From Betaproteobacteria bacterium (GTDB taxonomy: Bacteria; Pseudomonadota; Gammaproteobacteria; Burkholderiales; Ga0077523): 64,000 nt of DNA. The stretch spans positions 44,788-108,787 of the forward strand of contig JBAXBV010000009.1 of NCBI GenBank assembly GCA_037141795.1, read 5' to 3'. This document shows, one piece after another, positions 1 through 7,623 of this stretch; positions within the stretch are counted from its first letter, which is position 1, and every line of letters begins with the position of its first letter. The position numbers were made by a program, and so were the translations under genes. Below the pieces are notes generated by a model. That model was given only the letters and a program-made list of their open reading frames with translations. It had not been told where the DNA came from and ran no database searches.

Positions 1-201
1 CAGTTCCACCTCCGGCGGAAGCGCTGCCCGGAGTTCGGCCACACGGCGATCGAGCAACGTCCGGTCGTAGGCGTAGAACGGTGTCTGCCCGACGCGCTGC
101 GCGAGCCGCGTGAGCGGGATGCCCCCGATCAGCAGTTGGCCGCCCGACACGGGGAACTGGTCCATGGGGGCGTGGGTGGGTGCGGGGCGCGGTTCGCTCA
201 C
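1..201 (-). CDS. PLP-dependent decarboxylase (Orn/DAP/Arg decarboxylase family), N-terminal fragment; the gene runs off the left edge
   Basis: The reverse-strand translation of 165..1 is MDQFPVSGGQLLIGGIPLTRLAQRVGQTPFYAYDRTLLDRRVAELRAALPPEVEL. It parallels the LysA N-terminus in this window (..IDGELHAEDVPLSRIARHHGTPCYVYSRAALT..). An in-frame GTG at 201 overlaps the upstream stop (GTGA) and follows GAGGTGG; ATG at 165 is the alternative start. It is open-ended and so absent from the ORF track. Confidence 0.6.
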   Translation of the reverse strand, partial: MSEPRPAPTHAPMDQFPVSGGQLLIGGIPLTRLAQRVGQTPFYAYDRTLLDRRVAELRAALPPEVEL

Positions 202-1805
202 GGTGCCACCTCGGCGACCCGGTTCACGTAATCGGTCGCCAGCCACTTGCGGTCGATCTTTCCATTGGGATTGCGCGGCAGGGGGCCCTCCCGCGCCTCC
301 ACCCGTGCGGGCACCTGATAGGCCGGCAGGGATTTTCGACAGGCGGTCACCACCTCTGCGGTGTCCAGGGGGCCGTCCGCCTTCGGCGTCACGATGAGGA
401 TGATGGCCTGACCGAGCGTGTCGTGGTCCACGCCGAAGGCTGCGCACTCGCCCACCAGGCCCGTCGCGTAGACGGCTTCCTCCACTTCCGTGGGGCTTAC
501 GCGGTAGCCGGAGGTCTTGATCATCTCGTCGCGCCGCCCGATGAAGTAGAGGAAGCCCTCGTCGTCCATGCGCACCGTGTCGCCAGAGAACACGGCGATC
601 TCGGGGAGAACGAGTCCACCCTGCCTTCCGCCCACTCCGGGAGGAAGAGGGCGAAAGCGCTCCGCGGTCTTCTCTGCGTCGTTCCAGTAGCCCATGGCCA
701 CCAGAGGTCCGCGCTGAACGAGTTCTCCGGCCTCGCCGGGATTGCAGGGGGTGCCGTCCTCGCGCAGCACCATGACTTCGTTGTTGGGGATGGCCTTGCC
801 GATGGAATCCGGACGCCGGTCGGCCTCCTCGGGGGGCAGGTAGGTTGCCCGGAAGGCTTCCGTCAGACCGTACATGAGAAAGGGCTGCGTGGAGGGGAGC
901 CGGGCCCGGAGCGCCCTGAGGGTCTCGCGCGGCATGCGCCCGCCGGTGTTGGCGATGTATCGCAGGTGGGTCGCGATGCTCGTGGGCCATTCGATCTGGG
1001 TGAGCTGGATCCAGAGGGGTGGCACGGCCGTAAGTCCGGTCACGGCCTCCCGCTCGAGCGCGCGAACCACATCTCGTGGCATGAGGTAATTCAGCAGGAC
1101 AACCCTGGCACCGGCGTGGAAACCGGTTGTCAGTTGCGAGAAGCCGGCATCGAAGGACAGGGGCAGGGCCGCGAGCAAGGTGTCGTCCGCAGTGTTGCGA
1201 AGATAGCTTGCGACGCTCCGGGCGCCGGTCATCATGTTCCGATGGGACAGCACGACTCCCTTCGGCCGCCCGGTGCTTCCGGACGTGTAGAGGATCGCCA
1301 GCATGTCGCTCTCAGTGACCCGGTGGGCTGTGCCGGCCGCCGCATCCAGCAGGTCCTGCCAGGCGAGAGTCGGCACGGCCGTCCTGTTCCCCAGGGCATT
1401 GCTGTCGCCGGTGGTCACGACGTGCCGCAGGTCCGGACAGCCTGGGAGCACCTCGTCCAGAAGGACCGAGCGCTCCGGGCTGGTGACGAGCACGCGGACA
1501 TTGCAGTCCCTGAGGATGTAGGCGACCTGGTCCGCCTTGAGGAGCGGGTTGAGCGGCACGAAGACGCAGCCGGCGCCGGACGCCCCGAAACTCGCGATGA
1601 CGGTTTCGAAGCGCTTGTCCAGCCAGATGCCGATACGGTCCCCGCGTGCGACCCCCAAGCCCGTCAGGCCTGCAGAGAATCGCCCGATCGCCGTGGCGAG
1701 TTGCCCGTAACCAAGGGAGGAGTCCTGGAAGGTGAGGGCTGCATGGCCTGGATCGCGCTCCGCGGAGCGCTCTACGAGATGGTGGAGGAGGTACGGATCA
1801 GCCAT
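198..1805 (-). CDS. AMP-forming acyl-CoA ligase / acyl-activating enzyme
   Basis: 535-aa ORF with adenylate-forming signatures: YTSGSTGRPKGV, MYGLTEA, and C-terminal PRNPNGKIDRK. The N-terminus and the PLNPLLKADQVAYILRDCNVRVLVTS block resemble the ligases described as exosortase-A-system associated (from memory). Confidence 0.9.
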   Translation of the reverse strand: MADPYLLHHLVERSAERDPGHAALTFQDSSLGYGQLATAIGRFSAGLTGLGVARGDRIGIWLDKRFETVIASFGASGAGCVFVPLNPLLKADQVAYILRDCNVRVLVTSPERSVLLDEVLPGCPDLRHVVTTGDSNALGNRTAVPTLAWQDLLDAAAGTAHRVTESDMLAILYTSGSTGRPKGVVLSHRNMMTGARSVASYLRNTADDTLLAALPLSFDAGFSQLTTGFHAGARVVLLNYLMPRDVVRALEREAVTGLTAVPPLWIQLTQIEWPTSIATHLRYIANTGGRMPRETLRALRARLPSTQPFLMYGLTEAFRATYLPPEEADRRPDSIGKAIPNNEVMVLREDGTPCNPGEAGELVQRGPLVAMGYWNDAEKTAERFRPLPPGVGGRQGGLVLPEIAVFSGDTVRMDDEGFLYFIGRRDEMIKTSGYRVSPTEVEEAVYATGLVGECAAFGVDHDTLGQAIILIVTPKADGPLDTAEVVTACRKSLPAYQVPARVEAREGPLPRNPNGKIDRKWLATDYVNRVAEVAP

Positions 1806-1973
1806 GATGAGGAGGCAGGGGCAGGGCTCGGCGGGCTAGGGCGAGGGCAGATTCGCAAAAAAAGGTCACAACGCGCCGGTTCACGTCGCTGACCCGGCCG
1901 CGTCTGGAGTTCGGAAGGCCAGTCACGCAACAACCGTTCCCTGCCGGCCTGGTTCCGCTGTGGCAGGACCGTC

Positions 1974-1989
1974 AGGCCCGATGCTTGCA
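1974..1989 (+). promoter_or_regulatory. Candidate sigma-54 (-24/-12) promoter upstream of the ACP gene
   Basis: AGGCCC-GATGC-TTGCA compared with the consensus TGGCAC-N5-TTGCA. The GG and GC dinucleotides have correct spacing. The -12 element lies about 35 nt before the TTG start at 2025. Confidence 0.3.
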
Positions 1990-2024
1990 ATCAATGCCGC
2001 AGGACACACAGGAGGCCGAAAACC

Positions 2025-2273
2025 TTGACCACCAGAGATCAGATCGTCGAAATACTGGAAGAGACTCTCAACCTGAACGGAAGGGCGGCCGGTTTTTCCG
2101 CGGGCACGCGCCTTCTGGGGCAATTGCCTGAACTTGATTCGATGGCCGTCGTTTCGATCATCGCGGCGCTCGAGGATCGGTTCGGTTTCACAGTGGCCGA
2201 TGACGACATCGACGGATCCGTGTTCGAGACGTTCGGAAGCCTGCAGGCCTTCGTCGATGCCAGGGTTCCCTGA
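2025..2273 (+). CDS. Acyl carrier protein (phosphopantetheine-binding)
   Basis: 82 aa. TTG start 9 nt after AGGAGG. Ser attachment motif LDSMAVVSII. Acidic, with ACP-like length. Confidence 0.8.
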   Translation: MTTRDQIVEILEETLNLNGRAAGFSAGTRLLGQLPELDSMAVVSIIAALEDRFGFTVADDDIDGSVFETFGSLQAFVDARVP

Positions 2274-2699
2274 TCAGGAGAGTTGCTTGTAGAGGCCCAG
2301 AACCGCGCTCATGGTCATGATGTGGACAAATCGGTGCCCTGCCACGACGGCCACCAGCTTGGGGCTCCATCCCGCGAACAGGTAATCGGAGGCGATGTTC
2401 GTCACCACGACGCCCAGGCTCACCACCGCGCCGAGCCTGAGCGCCCCTCCGATCGTGGTGGCGCCGCTGCCCACCAGCAGGACCGCCAGGGCAAAGGCGG
2501 TGATTGCCGTGGCGACGCCGCGAACGATCACCACCATGCCCGGATCACCGAGGCGGCGATGATTGCCCCCGGCGAGTTCGGCCTTCCAGACATTGCCGAA
2601 AACGCCGGGCAGGTACCACAGCGCACCGATGATCACTCCCGCCACAGCCGCGAACACGACCGCAAGGTAGTCGATCTGCGAGAGAACGTCGAAAATCAT
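2274..2699 (-). CDS. DUF1761-family small membrane protein
   Basis: MIFDVLSQIDYLAVVFAAVAGVIIGALWYLPGVFGNVWK.. with four hydrophobic segments. The ATG at 2699 lies 1 nt after the upstream trpB2-like stop. The longer ORF-track start (2747) would overlap that gene. Confidence 0.7.
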   Translation of the reverse strand: MIFDVLSQIDYLAVVFAAVAGVIIGALWYLPGVFGNVWKAELAGGNHRRLGDPGMVVIVRGVATAITAFALAVLLVGSGATTIGGALRLGAVVSLGVVVTNIASDYLFAGWSPKLVAVVAGHRFVHIMTMSAVLGLYKQLS

Positions 2700-2700
2700 C

Positions 2701-4071
2701 TCAGGCTGGTTCCGGGACCGACGGCAGACCTGAAAGGGCCATGGCAAGTTCGCTCTCGTCGTAGTCCTGGTCCGTCAGCTTGCCCGCGAAGTAGTCCATG
2801 TAGGCCTGCATGTCGAAGTGCCCGTGGCCGCAGAGATTGAACAGGATCGCCCGCGACACGCCCTCCTCCCGGCAACGAATGGCTTCGTCTATCGCGCCCT
2901 TCACCGCATGATTGGCTTCCGGCGCCGGAAGGATCCCTTCGCACCGGGCGAACTGCACGCCTGCCTCGAAGCATGGGGTCTGATGATAGGACCGCGCCTC
3001 GATGAGGCCGAGTTCCCTGATATGGGAGACCAGGGGCGCCATGCCGTGATAGCGCAGGCCGCCCGCGTGGAAGCCCGGGGGCATGAAGGCGGAGCCGAGG
3101 GTGTGCATCTTGGCCAGCGGGGTCATGTGGCCCGTGTCGCCGAAGTCGTAGGCATACCTGCCCCTCGTGAGGCTCGGGCAGGCCGATGGTTCCACCGCGA
3201 CGACACGGGGCTTCCGGCCCCCGCGCAGTCCGGCGCCGATGAACGGGAAGGCGATTCCGGCAAAATTCGACCCGCCTCCGGTGCAGCCCACGATGACGTC
3301 CGGGTAGTCGTCCGCCAGTGCCATCTGCTCGATGGCCTCCTGTCCCACGACGGTCTGGTGGAGCAGGACATGATTCAGCACCGACCCCAGGGCATAGTTG
3401 GTATCGGCGCGGGTGGCGGCGACTTCCACGGCTTCGGAGATGGCGATGCCGAGGCTGCCGTTGCTGTCGGGAGTCTTCGCGAGCACTGCGCGCCCGAAAT
3501 TGGTCTCCATCGAGGGGCTCGCAATGCAGCGCGCCCCGTAGGTCTCCATCAGGGCGCGGCGGTAGGGTTTCTGGTTGAAGGAAACCCGCACCATGAAGAC
3601 CTGTACCTCGATCCCGAACAGCGCGCCAGCGAAGGACAGTGACGACCCCCACTGGCCCGCGCCAGTCTCGGTGCTGATCTTCCGGATGCCTGCCTCCTTG
3701 TTGTAGAAGGCTTGGGCCACGGCGGTGTTGGGCTTGTGGCTGCCCGCAGGGCTGACGCCCTCGTACTTGTAGTAGATGCGGGCAGGTGTCTGCAGGGCCT
3801 TCTCCAGGCGTCGCGCCCGGAAAAGCGGAGAGGGCCGCCATTGCCGGTAGACCTCGCGGACCGGTTCGGGAATCTCCACCTCCCGCTCGGTCGAGACCTC
3901 CTGCCGGATCAGCGCCATCGGAAAGAGCGGCGCCAGGTCATCGGGACCCACGGGCTTGAGCGTGCCGGGATGCAGCACGGGCGGTGGAAGCGCCGGAAGG
4001 TCCGCCATCAGGTTGTACCAGACTTTGGGTATCCGGCTCTCGTCGAGCAGGTACTTGACGCTTTCGGCCAT
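2701..4071 (-). CDS. TrpB-like PLP enzyme (tryptophan synthase beta chain, TrpB2 type)
   Basis: N-terminus [21 protein letters not shown] and PLP-lysine context GSHKPNTA are typical of the long TrpB2 branch. The ATG at 4071 is preceded by GGGAGGAAG. Confidence 0.85.
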   Translation of the reverse strand: MAESVKYLLDESRIPKVWYNLMADLPALPPPVLHPGTLKPVGPDDLAPLFPMALIRQEVSTEREVEIPEPVREVYRQWRPSPLFRARRLEKALQTPARIYYKYEGVSPAGSHKPNTAVAQAFYNKEAGIRKISTETGAGQWGSSLSFAGALFGIEVQVFMVRVSFNQKPYRRALMETYGARCIASPSMETNFGRAVLAKTPDSNGSLGIAISEAVEVAATRADTNYALGSVLNHVLLHQTVVGQEAIEQMALADDYPDVIVGCTGGGSNFAGIAFPFIGAGLRGGRKPRVVAVEPSACPSLTRGRYAYDFGDTGHMTPLAKMHTLGSAFMPPGFHAGGLRYHGMAPLVSHIRELGLIEARSYHQTPCFEAGVQFARCEGILPAPEANHAVKGAIDEAIRCREEGVSRAILFNLCGHGHFDMQAYMDYFAGKLTDQDYDESELAMALSGLPSVPEPA

Positions 4072-4188
4072 GACGCTTCCTCCCTTTCTCACGCGCTGAG
4101 TCACTTGGACTATAGCGCTGCTGCGGGGGGTGGGAAAGGGAGACCCCGAAAAACCGGCAAAACGGCGCGCGGGCCGATCATCAGCTGT

Positions 4189-5436
4189 TCAGGCCGGCGC
4201 CGGGCGCTCGTTCTCGAAAAGGGACTGAACGGTCTCGCGAGGTCTCACGAGATGGGCATTGGCTCCGTCGACCATGACTTCCGCAGCGCGCGGGCGAGTG
4301 TTGTAGTTCGATGCCATGGACATGCCATACGCGCCGGCGGACAGGACGGCGAGGAGGTCGCCCTCGGCGAGGATCAACTCGCGGTCGTGGCCGAGGAAGT
4401 CCCCGCTCTCGCATACGGGTCCGACGATTTCGTGGCGCATCCTGTCTCCGGCGTGCGGCTGCACGGCCACGATGTCATGGTGGGCATCATAGAGGGCCGG
4501 GCGCATCAGGTCGTTCATGGCCGCATCCACGATGGCGAAATTCCGGCTGTCCCCGGGCTTGAGGTACTCGACGCGCGTGAGCAGCAGCCCCGCATTCCCC
4601 ACCAGCCGGCGGCCGGGCTCGAACAGAAGTTTCTGGGGGCGGTTTCCCAGCCGGTCCAGAAGGGCGCCGATGTAGGCCGTCGTTTCGGGCGGTGTCTCGT
4701 CGGTGTAGCGAATGCCGAGCCCGCCCCCCAGGTCGAGGTGTTCGATGGATACTCCGACCCCGGCCAGCCGGTCGATGAGACCCAGAATCCGTTCGAGGGC
4801 ATCGACGAAGGGCTCCACGTCGGTGATCTGGGACCCGATGTGGCAGTCGATCCCGACCACGCGGATGCCCGGCAGGGCGACCGCCTCGAGATAAAGCGGG
4901 AGCGCCTCCTCGAACGCCACACCGAACTTGTTTTCCTTCAGCCCGGTGGAGATGTAGGGGTGGGTGCGGGCATCCACGTCGGGATTGACCCTGACACTCA
5001 CGGCGGCCACCGTCCCCATGTCCCGGGCGATCCGGGAGATCCGCAGCAACTCGCTGCGCGATTCCACGTTGAAGCAGAGGATCCCCCGGGCCAGGGCGAG
5101 GCGGATGTCCTCCTCCGTCTTGCCGACGCCCGAGAAGACCACCTTGCCCGGATCGCCGCCCGCGGCGATCACCCGTTCCAGTTCTCCCCCGGACACGATG
5201 TCGAAGCCGCTGCCCAGGCGCGCGAACACGTCGAGGATGGCGATATTCGAGTTGGCCTTCATCGCATAGCAGATGAGGTGCGGCCGGCTGCCCAGTGCCC
5301 GGCTGAAGGAAAGGAATGCGTGGGTGAGCGCCGCCCGCGAGTAGACATAGCAGGGCGTCCCGTGATGCCGCGCAATCCTGGAAAGGGGCACATCCTCGGC
5401 GTGGAGTTCGCCGTCGATCAGTCGAAAGGGAGTCAC
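4189..5436 (-). CDS. lysA: Diaminopimelate decarboxylase
   Basis: 415 aa with YAMKANSN (PLP lysine), LGGGLGI and CESGD motifs. The GTG start overlaps the lptM stop (GTGA). Confidence 0.95.
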   Translation of the reverse strand: MTPFRLIDGELHAEDVPLSRIARHHGTPCYVYSRAALTHAFLSFSRALGSRPHLICYAMKANSNIAILDVFARLGSGFDIVSGGELERVIAAGGDPGKVVFSGVGKTEEDIRLALARGILCFNVESRSELLRISRIARDMGTVAAVSVRVNPDVDARTHPYISTGLKENKFGVAFEEALPLYLEAVALPGIRVVGIDCHIGSQITDVEPFVDALERILGLIDRLAGVGVSIEHLDLGGGLGIRYTDETPPETTAYIGALLDRLGNRPQKLLFEPGRRLVGNAGLLLTRVEYLKPGDSRNFAIVDAAMNDLMRPALYDAHHDIVAVQPHAGDRMRHEIVGPVCESGDFLGHDRELILAEGDLLAVLSAGAYGMSMASNYNTRPRAAEVMVDGANAHLVRPRETVQSLFENERPAPA

Positions 5437-5570
5437 TTCTTGCCTTCAGGGTTGGGTTTGCCGGCCCCGGCCGCGGTGGTCTTCCCGGGAAGGTAGAGCG
5501 GACCCTTGACACCGCATCCGGTTACGAGAAAGGCCGCCAGCGCGAGCGCCAGCAGGATGGGTTTCGCCAT
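5433..5570 (-). CDS. lptM: Small lipoprotein LptM (YifL family)
   Basis: 45-aa ORF below the track cutoff: MAKPILLALALAAFLVTGCGVKGPLYLPGKTTAAGAGKPNPEGKK. It has a lipobox LVTGC followed by the GxKGPLYLP signature of YifL/LptM, and sits in the usual position directly upstream of lysA. Confidence 0.8.
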   Translation of the reverse strand: MAKPILLALALAAFLVTGCGVKGPLYLPGKTTAAGAGKPNPEGKK

Positions 5571-5582
5571 GGAGTCTTTGCC

Positions 5583-6374
5583 TCAGAGGGACATGTAGTG
5601 GCGGCTGGCTGCCTGCAGAGCCGCACGCGCCGAGGAGTATTCCGGGAAGATGCGTTCCACCGCGGACCAGAACCGCTTCGAGTGGTCAAGGTGCTGCAGA
5701 TGAGCGACTTCGTGGGCCACCACGTAGTCCAGCAGCAATGCCGGTGCCTGCATGAGGCGCCAGTTGAGGCGCACTTCCCGGCGGCTGTTGCAGCTTCCCC
5801 AGCGTGTCGCGGCGTCGGAGATCATGACGCGCGGCAGTTCCACCCCGAGCGCCTGTGCGAAATGGCCGACCCGGTCCGGGAAGTGCCGGCGCGCGTGCCG
5901 CCGGTACCAGGCGATCACGGCCGCGCGCACCTGGCCCGGACTGCCGGCAGGGGGGATTCCTACCCGCAGGACCCGGTCCGGTCCGAGTTCGGTCAGGGGC
6001 AGCAGTCGGTCCTCCACCACGAGCATGGTCAGCGGGCAACCGAGGTAATCGAGTTGTTCCCCTGAACGCCAGAGACGCGTTCGGGGCGCGGGACGCTTCG
6101 CCCATTGGGAGAGCTTGCGCAGGATCCAGCGTGCCGTGGCGTGCAGGGAAGCCTCGATGGTGCCGATACTCGCCAGCAGCGGCGCTTCCACGAAGAGGCC
6201 CCGTTCGTCCACGCGAAAGGCGATCCGCCTGCGGCGGCAGGAGCGCTGCAGCAGATAGCGGACTTCCGTACCCTGGAGGACCACCGAGCGCGGTTCCTCC
6301 ACCGTGTCCGCCGGGAACAGGTCGCCGGTCAGGAGCGCGCCGAGCCGAGCCGCGCGACTTCCGCCTCGATCCAT
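5583..6374 (-). CDS. YgjP-like (DUF45) zinc metallopeptidase
   Basis: C-terminal HEVAHLQHLDHS (HExxH) plus WGSC..R.V.LNWRL, typical of DUF45. The start is uncertain: the ATG at 6374 overlaps the plsC end by 46 nt. The 446-aa ORF-track version is rejected. Confidence 0.7.
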   Translation of the reverse strand: MDRGGSRAARLGALLTGDLFPADTVEEPRSVVLQGTEVRYLLQRSCRRRRIAFRVDERGLFVEAPLLASIGTIEASLHATARWILRKLSQWAKRPAPRTRLWRSGEQLDYLGCPLTMLVVEDRLLPLTELGPDRVLRVGIPPAGSPGQVRAAVIAWYRRHARRHFPDRVGHFAQALGVELPRVMISDAATRWGSCNSRREVRLNWRLMQAPALLLDYVVAHEVAHLQHLDHSKRFWSAVERIFPEYSSARAALQAASRHYMSL

Positions 6375-7051
6375 GTCTCCACCTGTTCGTTGAGCTTGTC
6401 CGCCTTCATCCCCCGGGGGTCGATGGTCGGTCCGATGCTGACCACGATGGTTCCCGGATACTTCAGGAAAGCCCCCTTGGGCCAGAGCGTCCCCGCATTG
6501 TGCGCCACCGGCACGACCGGCACGCCGGTCTGGGTCGCCAGCCAGGCCCCCCCGACGAAATACTGGCCGCGGCGCCCGGGGGGAACGCGGGTACCTTCCG
6601 GAAACATCACGATCCAGAACCCCCGCGCGATCCGGTCCCGTCCCTGAACGAGCATGTGCTTGAGCGCCCGCAGGCCGGCGCTGCGGTCGATGGCGATGGG
6701 GTTCATCATGGCCAGTCCCCAGCCGAAGAACGGGACCCGCAGCAGCTCCTGCTTCAGAACCCACACCTGCGGCGGGAACAGTGACTGGAAGGCAAGGGTC
6801 TCCCACGCGGACTGGTGCTTGGCCAGAACGATGCTGGGGGTCTCCGGCAAGCGTTGCACTCCTTCGACCCGGTAACGGATTCCGCAGATGGCCGTCGCGA
6901 GTCTGAGGACGATGCGCGACCACAGCGTGATGACCCGGTAGCGGGCAAGCGCCGAGAGGGGAAAGGTGGCCACCGCGATGATCGAGAAGATCACGGTGAG
7001 GATGGCCTGCAACAGGAAGAACAGGGCGGATCGCACGACGATCATCGGCAT
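6329..7051 (-). CDS. plsC: 1-acyl-sn-glycerol-3-phosphate acyltransferase
   Basis: 240 aa. N-terminal TM segment, acyltransferase motifs KHQSAWE and FPEGTR. Confidence 0.85.
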   Translation of the reverse strand: MPMIVVRSALFFLLQAILTVIFSIIAVATFPLSALARYRVITLWSRIVLRLATAICGIRYRVEGVQRLPETPSIVLAKHQSAWETLAFQSLFPPQVWVLKQELLRVPFFGWGLAMMNPIAIDRSAGLRALKHMLVQGRDRIARGFWIVMFPEGTRVPPGRRGQYFVGGAWLATQTGVPVVPVAHNAGTLWPKGAFLKYPGTIVVSIGPTIDPRGMKADKLNEQVETWIEAEVARLGSARS

Positions 7052-7055
7052 CCGG

Positions 7056-7589
7056 TCATTCCACGAGTTGTTTCACGGCCTCGGCGAGATCCGCGCAGAT
7101 GACCGTACCGGGCGGAAGACCGCCCGCGTCGCGGGTTTTCCGGCCCTTCCCGGTCAGCACCAGGATCGGCCGGGCGCCGACCTCGGCCGAGGCCTGCAGG
7201 TCGCGCAGGGAATCCCCGACACTGGGCGCCCCTGCGAGATCGACCCCGAAGCGCTCGGAAATCTCCCGGAACATGCCTGCGCGTGGTTTGCGGCATTCGC
7301 AGTTTGCCTCGGCCGCACAGGGGCAGAAGAAGACCGCGTCGATACGGCCCCCTGCCTGGGCCACCAGCCGCATCATCTTCTCGTGGATCGCGTTGAGGGT
7401 TGCCATGTCGAAGAGTCGGCGGCCCACGCCCGACTGATTGGTGGCCACCACCACGTGGTACCCGGCATGGTTCAGCCGGGCGATGGCTTCGGCGCTGCCC
7501 GCGATCATCCGGAACTCGTCCGGACCCTTCACGAACTGGTTGCTGTCGTGGTTGATGACGCCGTCACGATCGAGAATGGCAAGTCGCAT
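7056..7589 (-). CDS. gmhB: D-glycero-beta-D-manno-heptose 1,7-bisphosphate 7-phosphatase (HAD-IIIA)
   Basis: ILDRDGVIN (HAD motif I), Zn-loop CPC..C.CRKP, GDS.RD motif. 177 aa. Confidence 0.85.
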   Translation of the reverse strand: MRLAILDRDGVINHDSNQFVKGPDEFRMIAGSAEAIARLNHAGYHVVVATNQSGVGRRLFDMATLNAIHEKMMRLVAQAGGRIDAVFFCPCAAEANCECRKPRAGMFREISERFGVDLAGAPSVGDSLRDLQASAEVGARPILVLTGKGRKTRDAGGLPPGTVICADLAEAVKQLVE

Positions 7590-7623
7590 GGGCAGGCCCG
7601 CAGGGAGGAAAGCCGGATGGCGT

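Noticed and set aside
5583-6923. N-terminally extended versions of real genes in the ORF track: DUF45 446 aa, slt 753 aa (21898..24159), CYTH/CHAD 635 aa (32457..34364), sixA 301 aa, crotonase 309 aa, groES 116 aa, kinase 492 aa, and DUF2237 as part of 48171..49853.
   Set aside because: The extensions are low-complexity, overlap the upstream gene or regulatory DNA, and precede an internal start that reproduces the conserved family N-terminus or a signal peptide.
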